Below are positions 1 to 15,169 of a stretch of DNA of 64,000 nt, piece by piece. The notes under the pieces were generated by a model. It saw nothing but the letters and a program-made list of their open reading frames with translations, was not told the origin of the DNA and ran no database searches. The stretch is taken from NCBI RefSeq assembly GCF_009914755.1, contig NC_060947.1, one strand, 5' to 3'. Positions within the stretch are counted from its first letter, which is position 1. Each line of letters starts with the position of its first letter. Source of the stretch: the human T2T-CHM13v2.0 reference genome, Homo sapiens. A program made the position numbers and the translations under genes.

Positions 1-113
1 CCCCATTTTGCATGATGTGATTATTATGTATTACATGTCTGTATTAGGGTATCTCGTGTGCTACATTAATATATACACCTAGTATGTACCCAAAAAATTA
101 AAAATAAAAAAAT
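1..113 (+). mobile_element. L1M(A) 3' end fragment
   Basis: ...atatacacctagtatgtacccaaaaaattaaaaataaaaaaa, an L1MA-type 3' terminus with A-tail. Confidence 0.7.
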
Positions 114-349
114 ATCGTGTAGGACACTAAGGCATCTTAACAGGTTAGATGTAGAAAGTGATTCTATCTATTCCATAAATACCTTTTCACTTTCTCTTTT
201 ACTACTAAAAGTAGTGGATCATGGAAGCCACTTGCAGAAAAAAAGAAAGATTCTTTATTCTGGATCTCCCACATTAACACTCTGCATTAGGAGACTGTCC
301 TTTCTGCTCTCTATGCCCAAATTATCTTCCTTTTATATCAACAGCCAGA

Positions 350-985
350 GATTAATGACCATTTACTTGCTATTAATGATGCATATATTTTGCCAGACAT
401 AGGGATGCAAAGGTTTGGAAGAACAGACATAGTCCTTGCTTTCATGGCATAGACATAGACATTGTAGCCAGTGAAACAAACATTAATTGTTTTACATTAC
501 ACATATAAATGTGTGTAATTACAAACTGAGGTAAGTTGTTTAAAGGAAAGTTACTCAGTTATATAAAAATATATAACAAGAAACCTGACCTAGAATTGTG
601 TGTATGTCTCAGAGGTGATGACGGTGGGGGGACTGTCAGGAAAGATATCCCTGAGGAAGCAACAAATCTGAGAGTGAATGAAAAAAAGAAGTAAACTTGA
701 TAAGGAGCTGTATGGGTAAGTGGGTGGGCATGGAGCATTTAAGGTGGAGGGAACATGTGCAAATACCCTATGGCAGATGGTAAAATGGCAGATTGGTGGT
801 AGTACTGCAAAACAGCCAGAAGCGTAAGAGTATAGAGAGAAAGACAGTTCAAAATTGGTCTTTATAGGTAGGCAGGGCCAAACAATACAGGAACATGTCT
901 TTGTTAAAGTTTTTGATATTTATTTTAAAAGCTGTGTGAAATAATTTAAGGATTTAAGTAGAATATGACACAATTATATATGTGG
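350..985 (-). mobile_element. Old L2-like LINE fragment
   Basis: Degenerate L2 motifs (gacatagtccttgctttcatgg, ccctgaggaag, gaacatgtgcaaatacccta, ggcagggcca). Confidence 0.5.
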
Positions 986-1254
986 CTTAAAGTTTTTTGA
1001 GGGCTTTTACTTCCAAGAAGATAAAATGTTTTTTTCCATATTTTGTCCAGTAAGTACAACTAACAACACTGAAAATAGATACAACAACCAGTAAGATTCT
1101 GAAAAGTGGAGAGAGGAACGAAGATCAGTTAGGAACCTCAAGACCCGAGGAACAACACAGTGGTGAGCACCCTGAATTTTCTTATGCTTTTTATATCCTG
1201 AACTAGTTGCTGGAGGAACCAACAACTTGGAAATGCCAGCAGGTGCAGACATCA

Positions 1255-2665
1255 AAAGGATAAGAAGGGAATACTATGAACAACTCAACACAAATAAATT
1301 TGACAACTTAAATAAAGTTGACTGATTGGCTGAAAAAGTACGAAATACCACAGATTATTCAAAATAAAACAGATACTTGAAATAGTCCTATGTCTATTAA
1401 GAAATTTAATTTGTAACTTGAAAACCTCACAAAAATTATCTTTAGTCTGAAATAATTTCACTGACAAATTCTATCAGAAAATTGTAGCTGGACCCCTTCT
1501 TTACACCATATACAAAAATCAATTCAAGATGGACTAAAGACTTAAATGTAAAATCCCAAACTATGAAAAACCCTGAAAAACAACATAGGCAATACCATTC
1601 AGTACATAGGCACAGGAAAAGATTTCGTGACAGAGACACCAAAAACAATTGTAACAAAAGCAAAAATTGACAGATGGATTCTAATTAAACTAAAGCTTCT
1701 GCACAGCAAAAGCAACTATTAGCTGAGTAAATAGACAACCTATGGAATGGGAGAAAACCTTAGCAAACTATGCATTCAACAAAGGTCTAATATCCAGCAT
1801 CTATAAGGAGCTTAAACAAATTAAAAAAAAAAAAAAACCATGTTAAAAAGTGGACAAAGGACACGAACAGACACTTTTCAAAAGAAGACATACATGTGGC
1901 CAACAAGCATATGAAAAAATGCTCAACATCACTGATTATTAGAGAAAGGCAAATGAAAACCATGGTGAGATATTATCTCACACCAGTCTGAATGGCTAGT
2001 ATTAAAAAGTGAAAAAAAATAACTGATGCTTGTGAAATTGTGGAGAAAAGGAATGCTTATACTCTGTTGTTGAGTGTGTAAATTAGTTCAGCCATTGAGG
2101 AAGACACTGTGGCGATTCATCAAAGACCTAAAGACAGAAATACCACTAGACCTACAAATCTCATTACTAGGCATGTACCCAAAGGCATATAAATCATTTT
2201 ATCATGCAGTAGTATGTTCACTGAAGCACTAGTCACTATAGCAAAGACATGGCATCAACCTAAATGTCCACCAGTGATAGACTGGATAATGAAAATGTGG
2301 TACATATACACCATGGAATACTATACAGCCATAAAAAACAAGATCATGTGCTTTGGAGCAACATGGAGGGACCTGGAGGCCATTATCCTTAGCAAACTAA
2401 TGCAGGAATAGAAAACCAAATACTGCATGTTCTCTCTTATAAGTGGGAGCTAAGTGATGAGAACACCTTGGCATATAGAGGAGAACTACAGACACTGGGG
2501 CCTTTTGGAGGGTGGAAGGTGGCAGAAAGGAGAAGATCAGGAAAAATTACTAATGGGTACTAGGCTTAATAGCTGGGTGATGAAATAATATGTACAACAA
2601 AACACCATGAGACAAGTTTACCATGTGACAAACCTGCACTTGTATCCCTGAACTTTCAAAAAAAT
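1255..2665 (+). mobile_element. L1 ORF2-end/3' UTR (older L1PA/L1PB), preceded by L1M fragments
   Basis: ORF 2214-2411 (VTIAKTWHQPKCP...WYIYTMEYYTAIK) is the ORF2 C-terminus, followed by the 3' UTR and A-tail at ~2658. Confidence 0.85.
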
Positions 2666-3984
2666 ACATTACTGGAGTAAATTTTCTTCTGTACATTCCA
2701 CCTCTTTGCATTTATATTTATAATTGACCATGCTGGTAGTTTATTTTTTGTTTTGTTTTTGGTAGCAAGGTTATGCTAATTCAAAAAAGCTTGCATAGCA
2801 TTAGAATGATCTATTACAGTGTGAGAAAATATGGTTCATAAAAACTTTTGTGCCAGTCTCTTTTGTAGGAGATAACTATAATAATTTTTCCATTTTTTTT
2901 TTTTTGGTCATTGGTGTATGAATATTTCCTGATTTTTCTTGAGCCAATTTTGGTCTTTTATATATTTTATGGAAACTTTTTACTATATCATATTTTGAAT
3001 TTTTATAACAAGATTAATAAAAGTACCAGTAGCAAAATCTAAGATTCTCCTGCCACATACCCATCACCGTTAGCCTCACTACACATAAATAAACACCATT
3101 AAGAGTTTCTACTTTTAGTTCTTGTGGTTGTCTTCATACCGTAATATACTTTGCCTCTAGCCTTGATCTATCACCTCTACACAAGATCTGTTGACTTCTA
3201 ATTTTGCTATGAAAGAGAGGAAATATAGCACACCTACATTGCGTTGTCTTTCTTAATTCCTCCCCTCGATTTTTGTTAGTTATATTACTATTTTAGCTCC
3301 TCAACCGGTTCCTTTTCTTTCTAAATACATTGGTTTCTGATAGGCAGCTATTATTTCCTACTATGAGCTTTTCTAAACTTATGTGTGTAGCACACACACA
3401 AACTCAATAATTTTAGGTACATGATAAAACAAGATTGACCACTAATGTTAAAATAAAAATAAAATTGCGGTTTAAAATATTTGTAACAATAACAATTACA
3501 CTGATATATCCAGACTAGTAAGAGGGTATATTTAACTTGCAGCATTTCACCAAAGTATTTATATATGTCTTAGTAATTAATAGCCTGAGTGACATATCAA
3601 GTTACACGTCCAGTTTACTCAATAAAGTAAAAATTTTGTTTCTGTACATGAAGTTAGATTTGCCTGTATTAAAAAAAATTGAGTAGTATATTTAGCTACA
3701 GTGCTTTTAATATTACCTAACATTTGATGCCCAAATCTAAACATTCATAATTGAGACTAAAGTTTTACTATTTTTAAAGAAGTTTAAGAAAGTCCAATTT
3801 TCTTAAAGAAATGAAGGAAGTTTTCTGCCTTATGATTTTTAGTTCAAATTTTTCTAGATATTTCTGCATGTCTATGTCAGCAATGACAATTTTTTTATTT
3901 TTAAAAGGAGACAAAATTCAATTGTATAGAATTTTAAATTACCAACTTTTAAAAGCATAAAGCCTTCAAAGAGTGTACAGACAT

Positions 3985-4170
3985 TTCATATTCATTTTTT
4001 CATCTGACCATCCAAATATCCCATAAAGTAGGTATAACAGATGTAATTCTTCCCATTTTATAGATGAAAAATTAATTTTACAATGAAACAGTGATTTGTC
4101 CAAAATCACAGTTAGTGGCAGAACAGAAAAAACTATTTTATCAATACTTTTTTTATCCCTGGTCCAGTGA
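3985..4170. mobile_element. MIR
   Basis: Core cccattttatagatgaaaaa...gtgatttgtccaaaatcacagttagtggcaga. It spans the outer breakpoint of the left arm. Confidence 0.65.
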
Positions 4171-4514
4171 TTTTTCCATGTTAACATAGTAAGGAAAACA
4201 ATATTCATAATGCACTTAATATTATGCCTGGCACATAGCAGGTACTCAATAAATAATGTCAAGTAATATTATTACTCAAAATTATAGCAGTTGATAATGT
4301 TTAAAAAAAAAAGAAGCCAAAACAGAAATATATCAAGATGGAAAGCCCAATGATATAATGTGCATTTCAAATGATTACAAAGATATAATATATACTTCAA
4401 ATGATTAAGTTTTTAAACAACATACATGCAATATTTTATTATGGCATTATTCTGATATTTTGAGAGCTCCCAAACTATGTTGAAGCTCCTCATCTCTCCC
4501 TAAATGCCTTAAAT

Positions 4515-5340
<826 letters not shown>

Positions 5341-5995
5341 CCCGAAACAAAACCTGCCAGTTATCAAGAACCACTCATTGACACAACAGTCAAAGTAAAT
5401 ATTCCTATTTTCTTGGTCTTAAATAGAAAATGCCAGTGCTTTTTTCCCCAACTTTTTTTTTTTTATTTTTAGAATAAGGTGTAACTGCCAAAACAAATGA
5501 CATGGAAGAGACAGAACAAGATAAATAGAAAAATTGACTCAGAGAAAAGAGCGATATTCAGGGAACACAGAACATTAAACAATTTTTTTTTGTTATGGAA
5601 AAAACAACCAGGGATCAAGAAAGAACTCTTGGAAATAAAAAATCATGATTGCTGAACAATTGAAAAGATTTAAAGTGACACACCCATGATGTCTTTCCTT
5701 TCTTCTACATCCTCTTTACCGTCAGATTGGTGCTCAAAGAGGTCCTAGATCTCTTGGGCAAGTTTACAACTTACCTCTTTTGTCCTCTGCTTCCAGTGCA
5801 GTAAGTATTTCATGAAGAGGTAACTGAAAAACCTCATTTAGGCTTCCTTTCCTAAGCCAAGTACTCCAGCACAGTTTACCAGGGAGAATAGAGATATGAA
5901 GCTGGAGTTTTTTTAAGGATTTGCCCATTATTAATGAAGTAGTGCTTTTTTTTCACACTTGAGTTTTCTTTTCTGTACATCGAGCTTCTTTAGTC

Positions 5996-6208
5996 CAGCA
6001 GTTCTCAGTGGGGTTAATTTTGCTCACCCAGGAGACATTTGGCAATGTCTGGAGATATGTTCGGTTGTTATAATTTGGGGATATACTACTGGCATATAGA
6101 TAAAGGTCAAGGATGCAGCTAAGGCACATTACAATGCACAGGACTGCCCCTCCTACAAAAAAAAATTATCTTGTCTGAAATGTCAATAGTGCTGAGGTTG
6201 AAAAATCT
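5996..6208 (+). mobile_element. MER20 (mirror 51828-52042)
   Basis: ggagacatttggcaatgtctggaga...atgcacaggac...aatgtcaatagtgctgaggttga. Confidence 0.85.
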
Positions 6209-6331
6209 AACAGTCAAGCACTGTCAAGGAAGAAAGCAGAATTGGTAAAGCTGCCAAACTATATCCAAACCCCAAATGCTAGCCATTTTCCAATTTAAAA
6301 TTCGTTTAAAATAAAGACATTTATTTCTTCT

Positions 6332-6703
6332 GGTGGCACATATACACCATGGAATACTATGTAGCCATAAAAAAGGATGAGTTCATGTCCTTTACAGGGA
6401 CATGGATGAAGCTGGAAATCATCATCCTCAGCAAACTGTCACAAGGACAGAAAACCAAACACCACATGTTCTCACTCATAGGTGGGAATTGAACAATGAG
6501 AACACTTGGACACAGGGTGGGGAACATCACACACCGGGGCCTGTTGGGGGGCTCGGGGCTTGGGGAGGGATACCATTAGGAGAAATACCTAATGTAAATG
6601 ACGAGTTGATGGGTGCAGCAAACCAACATGGCACATGTATACCTATGTAACAAGTCTGCATGCTGTGCACATGTACCCTAGAACTTAAAGTATAATTAAA
6701 AAA
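6332..6703 (+). mobile_element. 5'-truncated L1PA 3' end without TSD, left-arm-specific
   Basis: gtggcacatatacaccatggaatactat...ctagaacttaaagtataat + A-tail. It occupies the place of 4.33 kb present in the right arm. Confidence 0.92.
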
Positions 6704-7172
6704 AAGATTTCAGAAATACATGTGAGTTATTTGAAAGACTGCTTTAGAACTGGCACATTGTAACTACTTAGCCAAGAGAGTAACACTAAAAGGACAACAA
6801 TTATTGTATGCATTGAATTTTAAAAGAAATTATTACTATTCTTGAGGGAAGTCAAACAATGCCTCATTTAAGGTGTCAAATTATATCTTTCATGTATTAT
6901 TAAAACAAAATACAGTGCAGCTTCTGTGTGGACAGAGTGGGTTTCACTCAACAGAACAAGAATTCTAAGAGCTCCTAAATGTGATCTGGGCTCAGAATCG
7001 TTATTTAGATTTGCTTTAATGCCATCTATACTGATTGCTGATAAGTTTTTTTTTTAAAAGGTAATTGCTTGTTTAGTTTGTATTGTCTTCTAATTTTAAT
7101 ACTTTATTTTATATATGTAAAAATTGGATTAGTTATGTAAGTACCTGCTATCTTACATTTATGAATTATTAT

Positions 7173-8262
7173 TGTATTAGTCCATTCCCGGGCTGATGCA
7201 AGAGGTAGGTTCCCATGCTCTTGGGCAGCTCTGCCCACATGGCTTTGCAAGGTACAGCCTCCCTCTGGCTGCCTTGATGGCTGGCGTTGAGTGTCTGCGG
7301 CTTTTCCAGGTGCACGGTGCAAGCTGTCAGTGGATCTACCATTCTGGGGTCTGAAGGATGGTGGTCCTTTTCTCACAGCTCCACTAGGCAGTACTCCAGT
7401 AGGGACTCTGTGTGGGGACTCCAACCCCACATTTCCCTTCCGCACTGTCAGAGCAGAGGTTCTCCATGAGGGCCTTGCCCCTGCAGCAATCTTCTGCCTG
7501 GGTATCCAGGCATTTCCATACATCTTGTGAAATCTAGACGGAAGTTCCCAAACCACAATTCTTGACTTCTGTGCACTCGCAGGCTCAACACCACATGGAA
7601 GCTGCCAAGGCTTGGGGCTTGCACCCTCTGAAGCCATGACCCAAGCTCTACATTTGCTCCTTTCAGGCACAGCTGGAGCAGCTGTGATGCACAGCACCAA
7701 GTCCCTAGGCTGCACAAGCAGGGAGACCCTGGGCCCAGCCCAGGAGACCACTTTTTCTTCCTAGGCCTCCAGGCCTGTAATGGGAGGGGCTGCTGTGAAG
7801 ACCTCTGACATGCCCTGGAGACATTTTCCCCATTGTCTTGAGGATTACTATTTGGCTCCTTGTTACTTATGCAGATTTCTGTAGCCCACTTGAATTTCTC
7901 CTCAGAAAATGGGATTTTCTTTTCTATAGCATTGTCAGGTTGCAAATTTTCCAAACTTTTTATGCTGTTTCCCTTTTAAAACTGAATGCTTTAAACAGCA
8001 CACAAGTCACCTCTTGATTGCTTTGATGCTTAGATATTTCTTCCCCCGATACCCTAAATCAGCTCTCTCAAGTACAAAGGTCCACAAATCTTTAGGAGAA
8101 GGGCAAAATGCTGCCAGTCTCTTTGCTAAAACATAATGAGAGTCACCTTTTTTCCAGTTACCAACAAGTTCCTCATCTCCATCTGAGATCACCTCAGCCT
8201 GGATTTCATTGTCCACATCATTATCAGCATTTTGTTGAAAGCCATTTAACAAGTCTCTAGGG
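7173..8262 (-). mobile_element. THE1/MaLR internal fragment with LTR terminus (mirror ~45855-46900)
   Basis: The LTR end tgtattagtccatt is fused to internal sequence. ORFs ENLQPDNAIEKKIPFSEEKFK and EGASPKPWQLPCGVEP are typical of THE1-int. Confidence 0.88.
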
Positions 8263-9153
8263 AGACATCTAAAAGAAGGCTTGCAAAACACATGTAAAAA
8301 TTACATTGCATTAAAAGAGTAATAGGTCCATAATTTAACTTAATTCACACACTCAAAAAATATTTTTCAAATTCATATATGTGGCAGATACTCCTCTAGG
8401 TGCTGGGAATACAGTGGCAAACAAAACAAAGTCCCTGATCTTAAGCTCTCAGATTTAAGTTTTAAAAGAGGAAAGATACAATAAGCAAGTACTTATATAT
8501 AAAGATATAATGATAAAGATATAAAGATACAATAAGCATATAAATAAATATATGATTTCAGGGAGTGATGTATGCTAACTTTTAAAATCTGATGTTCTGC
8601 TTCCTAAATTAGACACTCTGGTGCTAATAGCCTTCAAATTGAAAATGGTAAGGAACTTTCTAGTGGTAAGGAATACTCTTATTAAAACTATCTGGGGTAT
8701 CTTTAGTCCTTCATAACCAACACTCAAAATGCTATTCCACCAGAAGTACTATGTGCAGCTACTGTCCCAAATTCTGCTCTCACAATTGCCCATTAAAGAA
8801 AATATAACCTACTGATTCACACTCCTTTATTGATGGTAGGTAATGGCTTTGTATGTTACCTCTTCCAGAATTACATTTTAAAGTATCTAGCATCTTAACC
8901 CCAAATGAATAAATACTGCAAGTCCTTTCGCTCTCCTTTCCCTAATCCCTCATTTTATCTCTTGCTCACCTTTGAGCACATACAAAATCCACACCTTAAA
9001 AACCACTTATTCAGGGATAGTTGGGTAAACATGAAAGATGGAGACATGACTGACTTCTTATTTCTGGTTTCTGCCCTTCATTTTTGCTCAGAATAATGTC
9101 TCAGTTAATATATGAGGCCTATGGTCTGTGATCTAAAAAGTTTGTCAGTTTTT

Positions 9154-10005
9154 TAAATTGCCTTTATTCACAAATATGACTTTTCTTCAGTGTCTACATA
9201 TTACGTCACATGTTCTATTTACACTGCTGCAATATAGATTAAAAATCTTGTGGCATAGGGGTAGGTGAGTGTTAGTATCTCCTCTGTGCCATTTGCTCTG
9301 TTACTGCTTTATTGGACTAATCTACCCTCATGAACTTGTGATCACCTAAATGGAAGTTTTGAATGTTTAACCTTTGCTTGGTTATTTCAACCATGCTGCT
9401 ATATATAATCAGGTGTGGCACAGTTTGTCAGTTTGATTCCAGGTGTGAGTGGATAGAAATCATTTCATTGTGCTGTTAACGATCCTTGTCTGCTTGCTGT
9501 TACCTACTTTTTACAGGCATCATAATAAAAGCTAGACTATTTCTTTGGGGGAAAAGAAACTTATTTAATGTAATTTAAAAAACTTTTCCAATAGAAAATG
9601 AAATACTATTGAAAATAATATCCATTTTTTAACTTTCGGCAATTCATGGTGCTTTCTGGTGGTGTCTGCTTGAAGTCTACTGCCATTATAGGGAACCTTG
9701 CCTGGTACCTTCTCTAGATCTTTATTCTAAACAATCGGTTAGTAATGATAAATTCTGTAGGAGGGTCTATTCCGAGCCGTTAGCTTCCTTTAAGGGGAAA
9801 CTGGGTGGGTTGTCAGAAATACCACTGAAGCAGGGTGGGCTGTGGGTGGAGGGTTGGGGTACTTGTCTTGAGAATTAAAAACTATGAAACACTTTTGTAC
9901 ACAAGTGATTTTTTAAAAAATAAATACATTTTTAAAGATGTTGAATTTTTCCCCACTTATTGGTAATTCTTAAAAATAAACGCATGCGTGTTTTTCCCTG
10001 AAAAA
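9154..10005 (+). pseudogene. Processed retrocopy of an mRNA 3' UTR (non-coding)
   Basis: 19-bp TSD AAAAAGTTTGTCAGTTTTT (9135-9153 and 10006-10024), AATAAA at 9975-9980, A-tract at 10001-10010. The body does not resemble a repeat family I recognise. Confidence 0.8.
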
Positions 10006-10834
10006 AAAAAGTTTGTCAGTTTTTATGCAACTACATTCTTGGAAAATATTCTACATATACTTCCATCTTTTGTCAACCTCATAAATGTATGCAACTATTA
10101 TGTATTCCTAATAATTAAAAATGAAAATATTTAAACATTTTACAGTTGTCTAAGATGATTCTTAAGTTTCCTAGGTATCAAGGTGATAACTGATATAAAA
10201 AGAACAACCATTTTTTAACTCACAATAACTTCATATATTGCAGTTTATTTTTGTTGCATTATACTTACAAATTCAATCAGGTTTTAAGAAAAATGAAGTC
10301 AGATCATTTAGTCAAAATAAGACTAAATTTTCTAGAGTCATTAGTAAGATTCTGCATGATAAATAGATGGATTTCTATATACTTGAGTGGAAAATACCAA
10401 GTATTTAGTTTTTTTAGGGTTATAATTCATCTCTTGCTTTTGAAATTTCTTGGAATATTGACTGACTTCATTCTTCCTTGGGTTTTTTGGCCTATCACTG
10501 TAGGCCCCTTTACTGCTGAGAGGAAAAAGTGAATAGGCTAACGTGAAAACAGCTTATGGACAGTCAAACACATTCAACACAATTGACTTCAAAGCAACTG
10601 TATTTATTTTGATTTTGTGGGGTTTTTTTGTTTGAAAAGTGAATTAACTAAATATTTCTGCTAATATTAAACTCATTAGGTTGAGCATTTTTTCTTTTAT
10701 ATCAAATGAATTTAAAGATGATTATTTGTGTGGAATTTTTCTTGAAAGAGGTTAAAATAGGAGCAGAATTTGAGCCATCTTTTGGATAATATTTGAAAAA
10801 CTAGTAAAAGTCTGTTAGAATGATACATTACCAA

Positions 10835-12838
10835 TAGACAAGTAAGCCTTCTATTGCCACTCCTTTTCAGCATAGTATTGGAAGTCCCAGCCAGAGCAAT
10901 CAGGCAGGAGAAAGAAATAATGGTATCCAAATAGGAAGGGAGGAAGTCAAACTGTCTCTGTTTGCAGATGACATGATTCTACATCTAGAAAACCCCAAAG
11001 TCTTGGCCCAAAAGCTTCTCCAGCTGATAAGCAACTTCAGCAAAGTTTCTAGAACACAAAATCAATGTACCAAAATCACTAGCAGTCCTATACACCAACA
11101 ACAACCAAGTCAAGGGCCAAATTAGAAAGGGAATCCTATTCACAGTTGCCACAAAAAGAATAAAATACTTAACAATACAGCTAACCAAGGAGGTGAATGA
11201 TCACTACAAAGAGAATTACAAAACACTGCCCAAAGAAACGGCCATACTGCCCAAAGGAAATTAAAGATTCAATGCTATTCCCATCAAACTATCAATGACA
11301 TTCTTCACAGAACTAGAAAAAACTATTTTAAAATTCATATGGAACCAAAAAGAGCCCAAATAGCCAAGGCAATCCTAAGAAAAAGAAAACAAAGCTGGAG
11401 GCATCATAGTACCTGACTTCAAACTATACTACAAGGCTACAGTAACCCACACAGCATGGCACTAGCACAAAAGCAGGCACATAGACCAACAGAACAGAAT
11501 AGAGATCCCAGAAACAAGGCTGCACACCTACAACTACCTAATCTTTGACAAAGCTGACAAAATCAAGCAATGAGGAAAAGACTCCCTATTGAATAAATGG
11601 TGCTGGGATCACTGGCTAACCATATGCAGAAGAATGAAGTTGGACCCCTTCCTTACACCATACACAAAAATCAACTCAAGATGGATTAAAGACTTAAGTG
11701 TAAAACCCAAAACTATAAAAACCCTAAAAGAAAACCTAGGCAATACCATTCCAAACATAGGAAAGGGCAAATTATTCATGACAAAGGCAACAAAAGCAAT
11801 CACAACAAAAGCAAAAATTGACAAATGGGATCTAATTAAATGTAACAGCTTCTCTAAAGCAAAGGAAACTGTCAACAGAATAAACAGACAACCTATAGAA
11901 TGAGAGAAGATTTTTGCAAACTATGCATCTGATAAAGGTCTAATTTACAGCATCTATAAGGAACTTATACAAATTTATAAGAAAAAACAAGCGACCCTAT
12001 AAAAAAGTGGATGAAAGACGTGAACAGAAACTTTTCTAAAGAAGACATTCAAGTGGCCAACAAGCATTTGAGAAAAAGCTCAATATCCCTGATAATTAGA
12101 GAAATGCAAATCAAAGCCACAGTGAGATGACATCTCACTGTCCAAATGGCTATTATTAAAAAGTCAAAAAATAACAGATGCTGGTGAGGTTGTGGAGAAA
12201 AGGGAACACTTATACACCCTTGGTGGAAGTGTAAATTAGTTCAACCATTGAGAAAAGCAGTATGGAGAGTCCTCAAAAAGCTAAAATCAGAACTACCATT
12301 TGACCCAGCATTCGCATTACTGGGTATATACCTAGAGGAATATAAATTATTCTACCATAAAGACACATGCATGTGAATGTTCACTGCAGCACTATTCTCA
12401 ATAGCAAAGACATGGAATGGACCTAAATGCCCATCAATGACAGATTGGATAAAGAAAATGTGGTACATATACACCATGGAATACTATACAGTCACAAAAA
12501 AGAACAACATAATGTCTTTGCAGGAACATGGATGGAGCTGGAGGGTATTGTCCTTAGCAAACCAACACAGAAACAGAAAACTAAATGCTGCATGTTCTCA
12601 CTTATAAGTGGGAGCTAAATGATAAGAACTTATGAACACAAAGAAGGAAAACAACATACATTGGCATCTGCTTGAAGGTGGAGGATGAGAGGGGGAGGAA
12701 CAGAATAGATAACTATTGGGCTTAATTCCTGGGTGATGAAATAATCTGTACAACAATTTCTTGTGACATGATTTTACCTATGTAACAAATCTTCACATGT
12801 ACCTCGAACCTAAAATAAAAGTTAAAAAAAAAAAGAAA
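10835..12838 (+). mobile_element. 5'-truncated older L1PA/L1PB, shared by both arms (mirror ~41307-43329)
   Basis: ORF2 remnants ([35 protein letters not shown]), 3' UTR, A-tail, and partial TSD ttaccaata. Confidence 0.92.
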
Positions 12839-13274
12839 AGTTACCAATAAAATGAAGTTTTACTAAAGAGAAAAACGATTGGCTTTTTCTGACACAGGTC
12901 CTTTCTGAGTGAAATTTGGAAGTTGGTAAGGTTATATTTAGTATTTAAGCATTGCAATATTTTATTCCTTGGTGAAACTTTATCTCCCCACCCTCTTCAT
13001 GTACACTGACAGTACTCATGATACATTCTTGCACTGATTAAAACCAGATCCGAGGAGTAAATATTATAGGTTTATCACACATAACTGGCAAAATTTAATA
13101 TATTTCATTTGCCAGTTAGATTTGCATTTCCTTGAAAGACAAAATTTCAAACCAAAGGAATGAATTTTGAATTCAAAATCAGAAGCTTGGCATCAATAAA
13201 CCAAGGCATTTTGGGAAGGTATTTTGTTGGGCCACTATATAAAGCCAGTCATTTTTAGTTTGGAAACATGAAAG

Positions 13275-15169
<1,895 letters not shown>

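Noticed and set aside
7104-7954. Long ORFs (215 aa, 168 aa) and mirrors at 46072-46799
   Set aside because: They lie wholly in THE1/MaLR internal sequence, which commonly yields these ORFs; not a host gene.
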